Origin: Catajapyx aquilonaris
Taxonomy: Eukaryota
DNA: 35,739 bases
Assembly: GCA_000934665.2 (NCBI GenBank)
Contig: KZ539035.1
Span: forward strand, 1-35,739
Direction of reading: 5' to 3'
Shown: positions 11,713 through 23,906 of the stretch, in pieces
Position numbering within the stretch: the first letter of the stretch is position 1
Layout: each line of letters opens with the position of its first letter
Translations under genes and position numbers: made by a program
Notes under the pieces: model-generated
What the model was told of the DNA's origin: nothing
The model's database searches: none
What the model saw: the letters and a program-made list of their open reading frames with translations, nothing else

Positions 11713-12376
11713 ATAATATCTACACAATATTCCCTGTCACAATTAATCACTAAAATAATACAAATGAAAAGTGAAGCGTGGTTGGACTCGGGAGTATTTC
11801 AATGATGTGTTTATGTTTAGATTGTTTTGTTATTTTCAACTTTTTCCTAGCTCTTGGTTATGACAGGAATTTGTAAGAATACTCTTGAAATCCCTTCAAA
11901 ATGACTATAAGCTCAGGTAACAAAATCTAGGAAAGAAAGCTTGCCAAAATCTTTAGAAATAATTTTTTTGCAAAAAAGGTCATCTTTCTTTGGGAACCTA
12001 AGTTTTCCATGGGTGTATTTAGTCAGAATAAAACTTCTGAGAAAACATCCATTAAGTCAATGATTTTCTGCATCGTCTGTGGAAATAAGGTCTAATTTGT
12101 TTGCAACTTATCTTGCAAATATTTCATATTTTTCCACTCGTAAACAAAAAAAACCTTCAAAATATATACCTTTTAACCCCTAATTCATATTACTGTGTTG
12201 AGACTGACAGTTCTCTTTTGTATTTATTTGATCGGAATTAAAATAGTATGGTGTGTAAAATAAATCAAATGCTATATCGAACCAAAATCAAAACAATTAA
12301 AAGTAAGATTAATACTTCGAACTACAATTTAAATAAATATTGCATTGTTTTAGACTTCAATGTTAAAAATGAAGTA

Positions 12377-14265
12377 GGATTATTCCATCTCAACTGAGTC
12401 AAAGTGTTGCTCGACCATCTCCGATTTCGCTGAAAAAAATCATGGTTGTACACGCCTAGGACCTAATGCGAAATAACAAATTTCAGACCTATTGCGCAAC
12501 ACTGGGGGGAGGGGGCGCTCCCAAAATTTAGGTCGACCAGGAAATCAGCTCTTCTTCGGCGAATTATTTCTGGGTGTGGGAGTCGTCCAAACCCATCAAA
12601 CATATACATCAGAAGAAAGAGGAAGACTAGGAGAATGCAGCTATGAAAGTGGTTTCACTTGCAAATGCAACAAGAAAAAAGCCCTACTGGCTTCCCATTG
12701 GTCAAATTTCCAAGAATTTGGCGCTCCGAAAATTAGTGATGTAATTGCGCCACATATTTAATATTTAGTGACACGAATATAGACCCACACAAGTTGCAAT
12801 GTGTCAAGTTTGAAGCTTGAGTCATGCATATTTCTGGAGATAAAAAATTGGAAACTTTGGGTTTTTGGTCAACTTCGAGACATTCGGCCCCGGAATGATA
12901 TATGTCCCATTACGCTCATCCAAAGCACAATGGCGTGGTGATTTTTTGAAAAGGGGGGTGAGAGGTGCGTCGAATTGGCATTGTAAGCCATGCGTGTGGT
13001 TCCCCTCTCGGGTGAATTTCAAATATTATGGTTCCAGAATAATGCTCACATTGTTGTCCTAGCTGCAAGAAAGCATTGCAAGGCATTTTACTTCAGCGAA
13101 TGCCTTGGTTTTCCCCCCCGAATGAGAGTGAACATAAATATACTAATGTGAATCCTTCGAGGCTGTTATGCAGCGGCTAGAAATCATTTTGGCCCACTGT
13201 CGAAGAATGTAAAATTAGTAAGGAAGTGTATCGGTTGTTTTTCAAGTTATTGTCTGTAAAGTATTTAATCCAAGCTCCAATGCAACTGATTGGAATAAAT
13301 TTTGAAAGTAAACAAAATTGTGTTTTAAAAGAAATTGTTGCACAATTCATTATCAGTGCCAACTTAATATTATACCCTTCATAAGTGAAGCTAACCATTT
13401 TCCTCACTGTGACGGTCGACATATGATATGGTTTAGCCTGCACAACAGCCTTGATGGATTCACAAAGTATGTTTATGTTCACTCTCATTNGGGAGGGAGG
13501 GAGAGAGAGAGAGAGAGAGAGAGAGGAACGCAAGGCATTCACCGAAGTAAAATGCCTTGCAATACTTTCTTGCAGCTTAGACAACAATGTGAGCATTATT
13601 TTGGAACCATAATATTTGAAATTCACCAGAGAGGGGAACCCCACACATGGCTTACAATGCCAATTCGACGCACCTCTCAACCCCATTTTCAAAAGATCGC
13701 TATGCCGTTGATCTTTGGACGAGCATAATGGGACATATATCATTACGTTGGCCATTCTTCCAGTGATATATATGTTGGTCACATACTACAAGGGCCACAG
13801 AGTGAAAACCGAGGCCGAATGTCTCGAAATTGACCAAAGACCCAAAGTTTCCGATTTTTTATCTCCAGAAATATGCATGACTCAAGCTTCAAACTTGACA
13901 CATTGCAACTTGTGTGGGTCTATATTCGTGTCACTAAATATTAAGTATGTGGCGCAATTACATCACTAATTTTCGGAGGGCCAAATTCTTGGAAATTTGA
14001 TCAATGGGAAGCCAGTAGGGCTTTTTTCTTGTTGCATTTGCAAGTGAAACCACTTTCATAGCTGCATTCTCCTAGTCTTCCTCTTTCTTCTGATGTATAT
14101 GTTTGATGGGTTTGGACGACTCCCACACCCAGAAATAATTCGCCGAAGAAGAGCTGATTTCCTGGTCGACCTAAATTTTGGGAGCGCCCCCTCCCCCCGG
14201 TGTTGCGCAATAGGGCTGAAATTTGTTATTTCGCATTAGGTCCTAGGCGTGTACAACCATGATTT
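12377..14265. mobile_element. Long foldback element with arms of about 750-830 bp; right terminus missing
   Basis: 12437-13173 is the reverse complement of 13438-14265. The left terminus TA|GGATTATTCC is supported by a diverged relative ending at 35546. Confidence 0.9.
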
Positions 14266-15803
14266 GTCCCGGGTGACAAAGAACCTAGTTGCGCCCCTGC
14301 ATATGGAAGTACAATACTACATAGTGTATAAGATTAAGGCCACTACTTAATTCATGAGTACCCCCATGTTAGGTGAAAATCTTTACTACTGATGATTACG
14401 TCAGCTTCAAACTCTATCTCCAGTCCTTCTACCTAAACCTACAAAACTACGTAACAAGGTGACAGAATTCACTTCCCAACACAATTTCAAGAATTTTCGG
14501 CATTTATCTTCTGGAAGTGTCATATCCTTAACCCTCATAAGGTGATGTGGACAGAGTTTGTGATCAACACCACGTTTTTTGCTACAGCATGAAAAATATA
14601 GCATATTTGGCGCTCACCCTTGACAACATATTGTGGTGATTCCTTCTGTGATTAATGGCATCTAGTTTAAATTTTTTGAGCAAATACCACGATCAGTAAA
14701 AAAATTAATTAGGCACCTATGCATAGATGGGGCCAAGATTGCACTCCAAGAATGATTCACATCCTGCTTATGTTGTGTTGCTGTACCTAACAAGGGAACA
14801 GTAAGTGTTGTCAATGGAGTTGATGAATGAAACTTTGCACAATAACATATGCAGGTAAGTTATTAACCAAATGCAAACAGTTTCTGTGTAGAGCTACTAG
14901 GTCTAAAGTTATGACCTCTCGATGTCAGATGGGACAGCTTACCTTACGAGCCGACAAAAATATATCACGAGACAGTTTCCCTGCTTTCTCCCCCTTTGTA
15001 ATGTACAGTGCTATCCCACACTGTCATATTATACGTAAGATGTGCTTGATTTGAACACATTGTCACAAACAGTTGTATATGGGTGATTCTCCAAAAACTT
15101 ACCAATACTATGTCCCGGCATAATATCTCAAAAATGGCTTGACTGAGAGTTCATTTTTTAAACCTCTGTAGAAGTAGTTGACATCTAGCCATCCCCATGC
15201 AAATAAAAAAAAAACTATCAAATTACCTCTTACTGCAAAAAATGTGTAAGGGCTTAAAATGTCCCGATCATATTTTAAGCATGCTATATTTTCTTACAAT
15301 TTTATCATTAACATTAGACTAGTTTCAATACTATAATTAAATTGTACATACTTGAAGGTAGGAAACAACATTTTTAAAACGATTAAATCATTTGACATGA
15401 CCTTGCTGCATCACTCCAAAGTGTGTCCCGAGTTTTTATGTTACTCTCCTGGATCAGGATATTTGTTCAAAATTTGCAGTGAAACCAATGGACTTTTTAC
15501 TCCGTTATTTGGCAGCACTGCTTCTCCATGACACCTTGATTTAACTACAGATTGCTGTGCAAGAGGTACGTCTCCTAGTGGGTTAAAAAAATTAAGGAGA
15601 GTCAAATTCAGCAGTCACATTCCTGGCTCACTTTTCTATGGCACATAATAACTCAAATGTTTTGAAATAACTGTTATACCATGGCATGAAGGGATGCCCT
15701 CACCTGACAGAAATTTCTAGAGCTAACGTTTGTTCAGGACCGTGATATTAATCCTAATACAACCGAAGGGCATTCTTCTGGTCTCCAAACTCCTGGCAAT
15801 AAT

Positions 15804-16422
15804 TTATTTTATTTTATTTTTAATCCCCCATTGGGAGAATCGGCGCTCCATTAAGGGGGTGGAATACCATCATTGGATGGAGTCAAGGGGGCCATCCAGA
15901 CGGGCCGACCTTAGCCGCGGCCGGCACCGGCACCGGCCCCGGCACCGGCTTGCGGAGCCACGGCTGGCCACGGTACCCGTTCAGACGGGCACATATTTTA
16001 ATAACAGCCACCCGCATTTGTAATAGTGGCCGGTAGTCATGGCAGCGACGAAAAACAAGTGACGCGCAGTATCCGTCGCCGAGGCCAAGCCGTGGCCAAG
16101 AGGCGAGCCAACTTCCAGGAAGTCGGCCAACTTGGCCGACTTCTGAGCCGTGGCCTGGCCGTGGCCGTTGCCGTGTGAACCGTCGCGGCCTCGACCAGCC
16201 GCGGCTAAGGTCGGCCCGTCTGGACGGCCCCAAGGATAGGGAAGGAAGGAGGCTGCTGTGGCCTATTTTTACGAAAACGACGCCGGAATGGTCCCGGGGG
16301 GGACGGACGGACCGTGGGAAACCACAGAAAACCATGGTCAGTGTCGCCAGCCACGGGATTCGAACCCAAAACCTTCCGATTAGCAGTCGGGTTCCTTAAC
16401 CCCCACACCAACTTGCTTCGGT
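15804..16422 (-). mobile_element. tRNA-derived SINE, family 1, interrupted by a MITE
   Basis: Minus-strand B box GGTTCGAATCC, (TAAAA)n-like tail, and perfect TSD CCTGGCAATAAT (15792-15803, 16423-16434). Confidence 0.9.
15888..16231. mobile_element. GC-rich PIF/Harbinger (Tourist)-like MITE
   Basis: TIRs GGGGCCATCCAGACGGGCCGACCTTAGCCGCGG / CCGCGGCTAAGGTCGGCCCGTCTGGACGGCCCC with 3-bp TSD AAG (non-canonical; TWA is usual). Confidence 0.8.
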
Positions 16423-16741
16423 CCTGGCAATAATATTTAATAATATTAATATTTTAACAAAATTATCGTTCCTGAACAAGATGTGACTCAAAAAATTGGC
16501 CATCATCAACTAGTGTCTGAAAAATTAATATTAAAATGATTCCAGCAGCTTTTTAGTGCCTGCATTTCAAGTGCAAAACAATTGCAAATTCTGGACTTTC
16601 GAGCCCAGGTTTTCACTACTTGGGGGATGGATATTTAAAAACTGAGTTTCACTTTTTGATCTAATATTATGAGGAACAAAGTCCAATAAAAATTATTGCG
16701 GTTAACTGCAAAATCAATCCTGGAAGGATTCAACCTCTTTA

Positions 16742-17542
16742 AAATTAGATCAAAAACTTTCCCTTCAGTAAAAAAAAGAGAAGTAAGACCTCCGCAGCGG
16801 AATGAAAGTATTGAAACAAGGCAGGCGCACGTAAGACCTTCACCAATTGATTTAAGCTGTACCATAGGTCTTACTCAAGCAATTTCCAATTTACTACTCA
16901 TGAAATCTCCTTTCTGAAAACAAATTTGCGGAGTTTCTGTCGTACTACTAGTTACTCCTAACTTAGCAGTACCAGTGTAGTGCAATGGTATACTGCTAAG
17001 TTAGCAGTAACTACAGACCTATAGTTAATAGTAATAGTAGTACGATGAAAATTCCACCCATTAATTTTCCATGAGTCACTCCATATTAGTGTTTTATGAA
17101 ATTAGGAACTTCAATATTAAGCCCATTGAATTTCTATGCGATTAGTGCGAATTATTGCTATGAAACATTCATGCAGAATCGTCACCTCTTTTAGATGCTT
17201 ATTTTAACTCTTAACATTTAATTTTTCACATATAAACGTTAATTGGTGAATTTTAGAGGGTCTTTTTCAATTGGACCAAGTCTGTTAAAATGGGTTTAGT
17301 TTTTCCCCAATTTTTTTCCTTTCATAATAAAATCCTACCTATACCGCTCTGAGTAGTTTGCAGCAGTCATTTTACGAGACGTTCCATACCGTACTTGAGA
17401 ATTGCTTGAGTAAGACCTATGGTACAGCTTAAATCAATTGGTGAAGGTCTTACGTGCGCCTGCCTTGTTTCAGTACCTTCATTCCGCCGTGGAGGTCTTA
17501 CTTCTCTTTTTTTTACTGAAGGGAAAGTTTTTGATCTAATTT
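16742..17542. repeat. 143-bp inverted repeat pair with an internal hairpin (16940-17045)
   Basis: 16742-16884 versus 17400-17542, near-identical. Each arm has three GTAAGACCT motifs. No TSD recognised. Confidence 0.85.
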
Positions 17543-18120
17543 CAGTTCTTTTTTGACAAGTACACATAACTTATGCTCTACACTATACAGTCTGCACTAT
17601 GAATGCATTGGAGACGATTTTCGTCGCTTAGAAGCCCCTAAAATTATTTTCACAGAGAGTGTCGTAAAAAAACGAAAGTCGAGTGCTACCAGCCAACCAG
17701 TCTGATTTAATTATTATGAAATAGCCTATACGCTAAAATGTACGGAATATATACATTAAGAACTGTACCAGACGAATTTGCTGAAATCGTGGTACTTTGC
17801 AAGAATTCAATCAATACTTATCTGCGGCTTGCCTCCGTCACATCTGAAAACTCCCAACCGTACTTAATTTTCGCGAAATGAGACGATTTCAGCAAATCAG
17901 TTCGTCTGGCACGTTACAATAAAATACGCAAGTACATGTCTGCAAAACCTGCGTAACGAACGGACAGTATGTCTGTGTATATGCCCAGGACATGTATCTT
18001 TTCCAATTCCCGGACCCGCGGAAACCAAAACTAGACAACTGTCACCAATGTCACTTACAACATTATTCGGGGCAACCCTTCAATTATCTACATTGAGAAC
18101 CGTACCAGACGAATTTACTC

Positions 18121-18543
18121 GAATCCGGATACAACAAACTTCAAGAGACTGCGGAAAGTCTGTTATAACCGAGGTCTGTTATAGCCGAATCGTCACGCAA
18201 CGTAAACATAAATTTCTGCTTTCAATGTGGCTGTACTATGCACTACGAGACTACATACCGATTAATGAAATCTGTCACAAATGCAATATTGATGGCTCAG
18301 CCGAAAATTATGCAAGACCAAAATATCCGAAATTTCCTTCTGCCGCCTCCTTTTTGCAATTATACCTCGAAAACAATATTTTCCCACCGAGGATCCTAGA
18401 AATTGTCTGTTATACCCGAGGTGAGGTGAAAATGAGTCTGTTATATCAGGAGTGAAAATACACAGTGCCTAATGGAAGCATGCCGGGACAGCCTTTACAA
18501 CCAAGTCTGTTATAGCCGAGGCTGTTGTATCCGGATTCAACTG
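18121..18543. mobile_element. pogo/Tigger-like MITE with left end clipped
   Basis: GAATCCGGATACAAC ... GTTGTATCCGGATTCAACTG|TA, with TCTGTTATAxCCGAG subterminal repeats. Confidence 0.75.
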
Positions 18544-19347
18544 TAAATCCCTATATATATAAAGCTCAAAATTTGTACATATATTTATTTATTTATTTAT
18601 TTATTTATCACGCCTAATTAAGCCACTTCCCGGGTACGGAGAGCGCTCAAATTTCTCAGAGCCATGTCTTACATATCACTGACCCCGAGAAAAGTCCCAA
18701 ACCAAAACTTTTTTGAGTCTAAGGGGGGTTTTCAGCAGATTAAGCAATTGCCTAGCAACCCTGGCTGTCAACAAGCCCAAAGGATGGATCTGCCTCTCGC
18801 ACTTCATGCTCTACAATAATCAACATTGCATAATTATTCAACAATGAAAACAATAGAACAACGGGCAGGTTGGCAAGAATAATATAATTGTAGTATACGA
18901 GTAGGGTATCGTAATAATTAACGGTTGGAGTACTTAGGGGAGTGCCGAGATCAACAATACCGAACAATACGGTACTGTACAGTGCATATATCGATAGAAC
19001 CTGCCACAAGGCACCAGGAAACACAGAGGAAAGAAGAGCAGGTATACGTTCGTGTGTTTGGTCTCAGAAGTGTTGGAGTGATGCCTTCATGTTCAGATTG
19101 TGTTGTCATCTAATTTTTTTAACAAAAAATCTGATACAAAATTTTCAAATGTAATTTTAAAACGGGTACTTCCCGCATGGGAAATCTTTCTTGGCCGCTT
19201 CACAACCAGCAGGCTATCATAATTTCCACGTTATAACAATTTTTCAATTTAAAAATTTCATGATGTCATATTCAAACCTGCGTTAATGTAGAACGGCGTA
19301 AAATGGAGGGGTGTAAAACGGGTACCTACTGTATTATTTTGATAATT

Positions 19348-19769
19348 GGACGGTGTTATGCAATAATGCATCAACCCACATGAGAACAGTTTTGAGAAAA
19401 GGGGCTTTAAAGGTCATACCTGTGAAATTAATTCAGTGTTCTTTCCGGTCATTTATGGCAGAAGTATGCAGATTTCACCTCCGTCAGCGGTTCTTAGCCT
19501 GGGGTGCCCGCACCTCCAGGGGGTGCGAGGTGGCTCCCCTGGGGGTGTGAGCAAGGTGCACCTCTAAACAAGAGTTAATATAAACGGTTCTAACTATGAA
19601 TGTAATCAATCACCCCTGGTAAAGGGGGTGCGACAAGGACCCACTTATTGTCTACAAAGGGGTGCAGAGGCCCGAAAAGGTTAAGAAACTCTGCTTTAGG
19701 CGTATGTTCCTGGGCTTGGCTCAATTTTGACATTTTTGTGGGTTGACCCATTATTGCATAACACTGTCC
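19348..19769. mobile_element. AATT-TSD (Sola1-like) MITE inside Helitron 1
   Basis: AATT|GGACGGTGTTATGCAATAATGCATCAACCCACA...TGTGGGTTGACCCATTATTGCATAACACTGTCC|AATT. A solo similar end occurs at about 2180-2209. Confidence 0.75.
19485..19693. mobile_element. hAT-like MITE, counterpart of 22625-22844
   Basis: CAGCGGTTCTTAGCCT...AGGTTAAGAAACTCTG. One flank is lost relative to the other copy. Confidence 0.75.
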
Positions 19770-20042
19770 AATTATCCCTCCGCTTTCGATCACTTCTGTG
19801 TGTACGTTGACTGACACCAGGTTCAACATATGTACCAGACACTACACACGGGTTTGCTGCTATAAATTAATTAATTAATAACATATTTTGATAATCTATA
19901 TATGCCTTACCATTTTGTAAAGGAATGCACCAGAATTTTGTTGGTGATTATAGAAACAGGCCTATAATGGTTTCAAATTTTGCACTTCCCTAAATTTTTT
20001 TATCCGAATTTTTTTATGCCCCCTCCCCCCAATGTATCTCCA

Positions 20043-20170
20043 CCTTGCCGTGGTGGTGGGCTTGCGTTGTCTCATGATCCTGAAGAGCTATGCCGGCGGT
20101 AGTTTCGTCTACTGGTAGGGCCGCCGAAGTCGGACAGGTCTTTGGGATAGGAGACAGACTAAGAGAGATG
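20043..20170 (+). mobile_element. RTE-clade LINE 5'-UTR-like fragment
   Basis: CCTTGCCGTGGTGGTGGGCTTGCGT...GAGCTATGCCGGC...AGGGCCGCC...GGACAGGTC resembles the conserved RTE/BovB 5' UTR block (recalled, not searched). Confidence 0.6.
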
Positions 20171-21681
20171 CCAGTCTTTCCTCTCTTCTTTTTCCTCTTT
20201 CAAATTTTCACGCCCTTCCAGTGCCTGCATATGCAATGGAATGAGCAGCTTTGCATTTAATATTGCCTGAGATCTGAGAAAATTTCGGTGTAATTATCCA
20301 CGCTCTTTTTTTCCCCGTGCGAAGAACGGGTACCGCTGCTAGTCTGTAATAAGTGCAATGCGTTCACACCAGCGGCAGGGTAACATTCGGCTAATAACAA
20401 TATGGCGAGGTGGTAAATAAGTATTGACGTTTCTAGGTGATGGCGTCATGAACAAATGAATTAATGACAGAAAAAATACGAGGTAAAAAAATCACAGCTC
20501 CAATCCTGTAGCAGTGGGAACTGTGAGATTTTGAACATAGATCCGCACCATCCCACTGCACCTGCGGCCCTTTGATGAAGAAACCAAATTCCGAATAGTT
20601 AGAGGAAAAAAATGAAAACGTATTTTTCAGTGGTCTCGAATTTTTTGCGGCGTTTTGAAGAGGAATTAAGTAAAAGTGTAAATGGTAGGAAATCAATTCA
20701 CAATGGTGGGGAACTGTGTTCAAAATTTGGAAGCTCTAACTACAGCAGAATCTGAGTCAGGGCGATTGAAAAAAACATAACAAGAAGAAGAAACAGGAAA
20801 AATTCATTGTGAAACGCTAATGCTTCGGTCTTACTTAAGGGCTGCCGCCCTTAAAATATCACAGTTAGGTCCCCCTATTTTTCCCTTGTTTGTGACCTCT
20901 ATATTCAAAACAAGTTTTGAAATTCATTAATTTGTGCTTAGAAAATGGTCAGTTTTTGGAGAATCACCCATATACGGTATATGATTGTGGAAATTTTAGC
21001 TGACACTATCACTACAAACAGCTCTCACAACTTCAGCTCCACAACTGAAACATGGTGATGGGGGGAGGGGCAAAGGCAGGGAGAAAAAAATCTGTCCAAA
21101 GGTCGGCAGCACAGCGAACAGGTCCAGGCAGCCCCACAGCCCAGCTGGGACACGTGATGGTCATCTCATCGTACCTAAGGCATTACTAGTACAAGGCATG
21201 AAACCCCGGGAGAGCCGCTCACAAGCGCCTTCCTCCTCTGGTCGGCTTTCACTCTCTCTCTCTCTCCGCCCACTCTCCCCGGCCTCCCTCTCCTACTTCC
21301 TCCTACTCCCCTCCTGCCCCCACTTCCAGAGGACCAACAGGACAAGGGAGGAAACAGGGGGAGCGGGCAAATCAACTGTCACAAAATGTACGATGCTTCA
21401 CTTCATCTGTAAGGGTTTATGTTTCCGGCCTATGACAAATTAGCAGTGGAACCAAGAGTGGAACCCGTTCTTCGCACGGCCTGTTTCTGTGGTAATCACG
21501 AACAAAATTCTGTTGGCATAGGCAAAGTTTTTTTTTTTTTTTTGGCCTTACATATGTAGATTATCAAAATATGTTATTTATTTATTAATTTATAGCAGCA
21601 AACCCATGTGTCATGCAACGGATTTCTTAGAGTGAACAGACACGCCCCCCCGGGCGAACCAATGGGGTCGCCTGTATGACC

Positions 21682-21973
21682 CAAAGAGTTCTGCTATTAT
21701 ATAATATAATACCTAGAGGAGGTACTCCCTATCCTTTTCCATTAGACAGGCTGAGGCAGCGGCCATCTTGTTGGAGGTAATATTGTTGTTCTAACAGTTG
21801 TCTAGCAACTGGGACAACGACCAATAATGACAACTGGGCGACAATTAGTTCAATAATTTCAGGCGTCCGTCATCTTGTTGGAGGTAATATTGTTGCATGC
21901 ATTGTTGCCTGCCTCACAATTCAGGCCTAGTACCTCCTCTAGGTATATTATTATATTATAGCAGAACTCTTTG
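21682..21973. mobile_element. P-element-like MITE
   Basis: TIRs of about 45 bp, CAAAGAGTTCTGCTA...TAGCAGAACTCTTTG, with a perfect 8-bp TSD GTATGACC. The superfamily call (P versus hAT) is inferred from the CAAAG end. Confidence 0.8.
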
Positions 21974-22624
21974 GTATGACCGTGCGTCACAGTGAGGTTG
22001 CCAGGTGAAATATAATAAATGTAATTGATGGTGTATTTTAAAAAGGAATTCGACCGATATCAATTATTTGGTTCTGACATAATTTATGAACACTAAAGCA
22101 TTATTTAGAATAGCGTTATTAGTTACTAACGCGAAAAATTAAAATCAGCAACCTTGCCACATGGGGACTACTTTCAAGGCGAGAGACAAAAGAACATCGG
22201 GATCCGTGCCCGCGTAATTTCGAAGCATTGTTCGAATCCAAGGCAACGGTGTTCGAATCTCTTCTTTTCACTTCTTTTCGGCGCGCATAAGCACCATCGG
22301 AGTAAGGTGTCCGGCTCTGGCGGAGGGATACATGTTGTTATGGTGCCAAAGTGGTGGGGGGAGAAGTTGGGGAGGAGGGAGGAGGGAGGAGAGAAGTTTG
22401 TTTGGGGGCGGGCCCATGGGCCCAGCAGTTCACTCTAAGAAATCCATTGCCTTTAGTACTGGTACTTCATTCAGTTAAAATCAAGGTGGCAAAATCTGCA
22501 TCTTTCTGCCACAAATGACCGAAAAGTTAACTCATGAATGGTGTGCATGGAAGGTGTTATGCAATGATTTGTCAACCCACAAAAATGTCAAAATTGTGCC
22601 AAGCCCAGGAACATAGACCTAAAG

Positions 22625-22844
22625 CAGAGGTTCGTAACCTTTTCGGGCCTCCGCACCCCTTTGTAGACAACATATTGGTCCTTGTCGCACCCCCTATACC
22701 AGGGGTGATTGATCAAGTCCATAGTTAGACCAGTTATTAGCTCTTGGGTAGATTAAGTCCAAAGCAGGTGCACCTTGCCCGCACCCCCAGGGAAGCCACC
22801 TTGCACCCCCTGGAGGTGCGGGTACCCCAGGCTAAGAATCGCTG
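22625..22844. mobile_element. hAT-like MITE inside Helitron 2
   Basis: CAGAGGTTCGTAACCT...AGGCTAAGAATCGCTG with TSD ACCTAAAG/ACCTGAAG (7/8). Confidence 0.8.
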
Positions 22845-23026
22845 ACCTGAAGGATCCTACTTAATTCAGTTAAAATCACGCACGTGAAATCTGCATACTT
22901 CTGCCATAAATGACCAAAAAGAACACATAATGAATTTCACGGGTATGACCTTCAAAGCCCTTTTTCTCAAAACTGTTCGCATGTGGGTTGACGCATTATT
23001 GCATAACACCGTCCAATTATCAAATA

Positions 23027-23583
23027 CAGTAGGTACCCGTTTTACACAGCTCCATTTTACGCCGTTTTACGTTAATGCCGGTTTGAAAATGACATTGTAA
23101 AATTTTTAAATTGAAAAATTGTGAGAAATATGACGATGATAACACAATCTGAACATAAGCACAACACTTCAACACTTCTGAGTCCAAATGCACGACCATA
23201 ACATAATGCTATTTTTTGTCATTCGTGGTGCTATCTTGTGGCGGGTTCTATCAATAAATACAGTGCCGTATTGTTGGTCTCATCGGAACCCTCCGAAGTC
23301 TGTTAAACACCCTACGTCTACTGCAGTTCTTGCCAAAAGAAGGGAAAAGAGCCCTCAGAACCAGATGACCCTTCACCTGGAACCCTACTATACGTGCATT
23401 ACAAATGTTTGAAATTGTCGGCATTAAAAACTGCAATATAAGCACTGTATCAGGGAAATTTTTGGAAATCTTGGAACCTATCTCATTTACTTCCATTATA
23501 ATAATTTTGTCTCGTTTTACCCCTTTTCATTTTACGCCATGTATTGCGGGAACCAATTACCAGCTTAAAACGGGTACTACCTG
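23027..23583. mobile_element. pogo/Tigger-like MITE inside Helitron 2
   Basis: TA|CAGTAGGTACCCGTTTTA...TAAAACGGGTACTACCTG|TA. Confidence 0.75.
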
Positions 23584-23682
23584 TATCCTTATGGGGAGCC
23601 TTATTGGGAGCCCGTTCGTAAGTACAGATCGCAGTAAATCATACTGCATTAAGTCATTAAGCCATTATGAAAACCAGGTGAC

Positions 23683-23906
23683 CAGTGGCGGATTTAGGGG
23701 GGGGGGGCGCCCCCCCATCCCCCTAGCTCCCACAGAGGGGGACAAAGCAGGAAAAAAAAGAAAAAACAAGGGGGAAACTCGCAAAAACCCTCCAGAACAG
23801 TGCAAAATTTGGGATCGCGAGGAAGGGTTGTGACCTTGAACATTTTTTTTTAACCATAAGGCGGGTCCTAACCCCCCCCCAGAAAAAATTCCCGGATCAG
23901 CTACTG
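23683..23906. mobile_element. hAT-like MITE
   Basis: CAGTGGCGGATTTAGG...CCGGATCAGCTACTG with TSD CAGGTGAC/CAGGCGAC (7/8). Confidence 0.8.

Larger units (their letters stand above)
10429..14299. mobile_element. Putative 3.9-kb hAT-ended composite element
   Basis: Ends CAGGGCCGCAACTGGG / CCTAGTTGCGCCCCTG (14/16 inverted match). Flanks CATATAG / CATATGG form an imperfect TSD. Confidence 0.6.
18548..20342 (+). mobile_element. Non-autonomous Helitron, copy 1
   Basis: A|TC start (TCCCTATATATATAAAG), (ATTT)n tract, 3' hairpin CCCGTGCGAAGAACGGG then CTAG|T, and no TSD. Confidence 0.85.
15081..20969. mobile_element. Decayed 5.9-kb TIR element with nested insertions, Sola1-like
   Basis: ATAT|GGGTGATTCTCCAAAAACTTACCA...TGGTCAGTTTTTGGAGAATCACCC|ATAT. 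A 4-bp AWWT TSD is the Sola1 signature, but a TA-TSD reading is also possible. Subterminal TGTCCCG repeats are present. Confidence 0.65.

Noticed and set aside
12492..14210. Duplicated short ORFs (also the 3745/6064, 16696/17367, 10514/29312 and 18942/24071 pairs)
   Set aside because: They are translations of repeat arms with no recognisable protein motif.
14407..14822. piggyBac transposase remnant (GVDHKLC; DNTYCSL also at about 25166)
   Set aside because: The motifs are too short and fragmented to support without TBLASTN.
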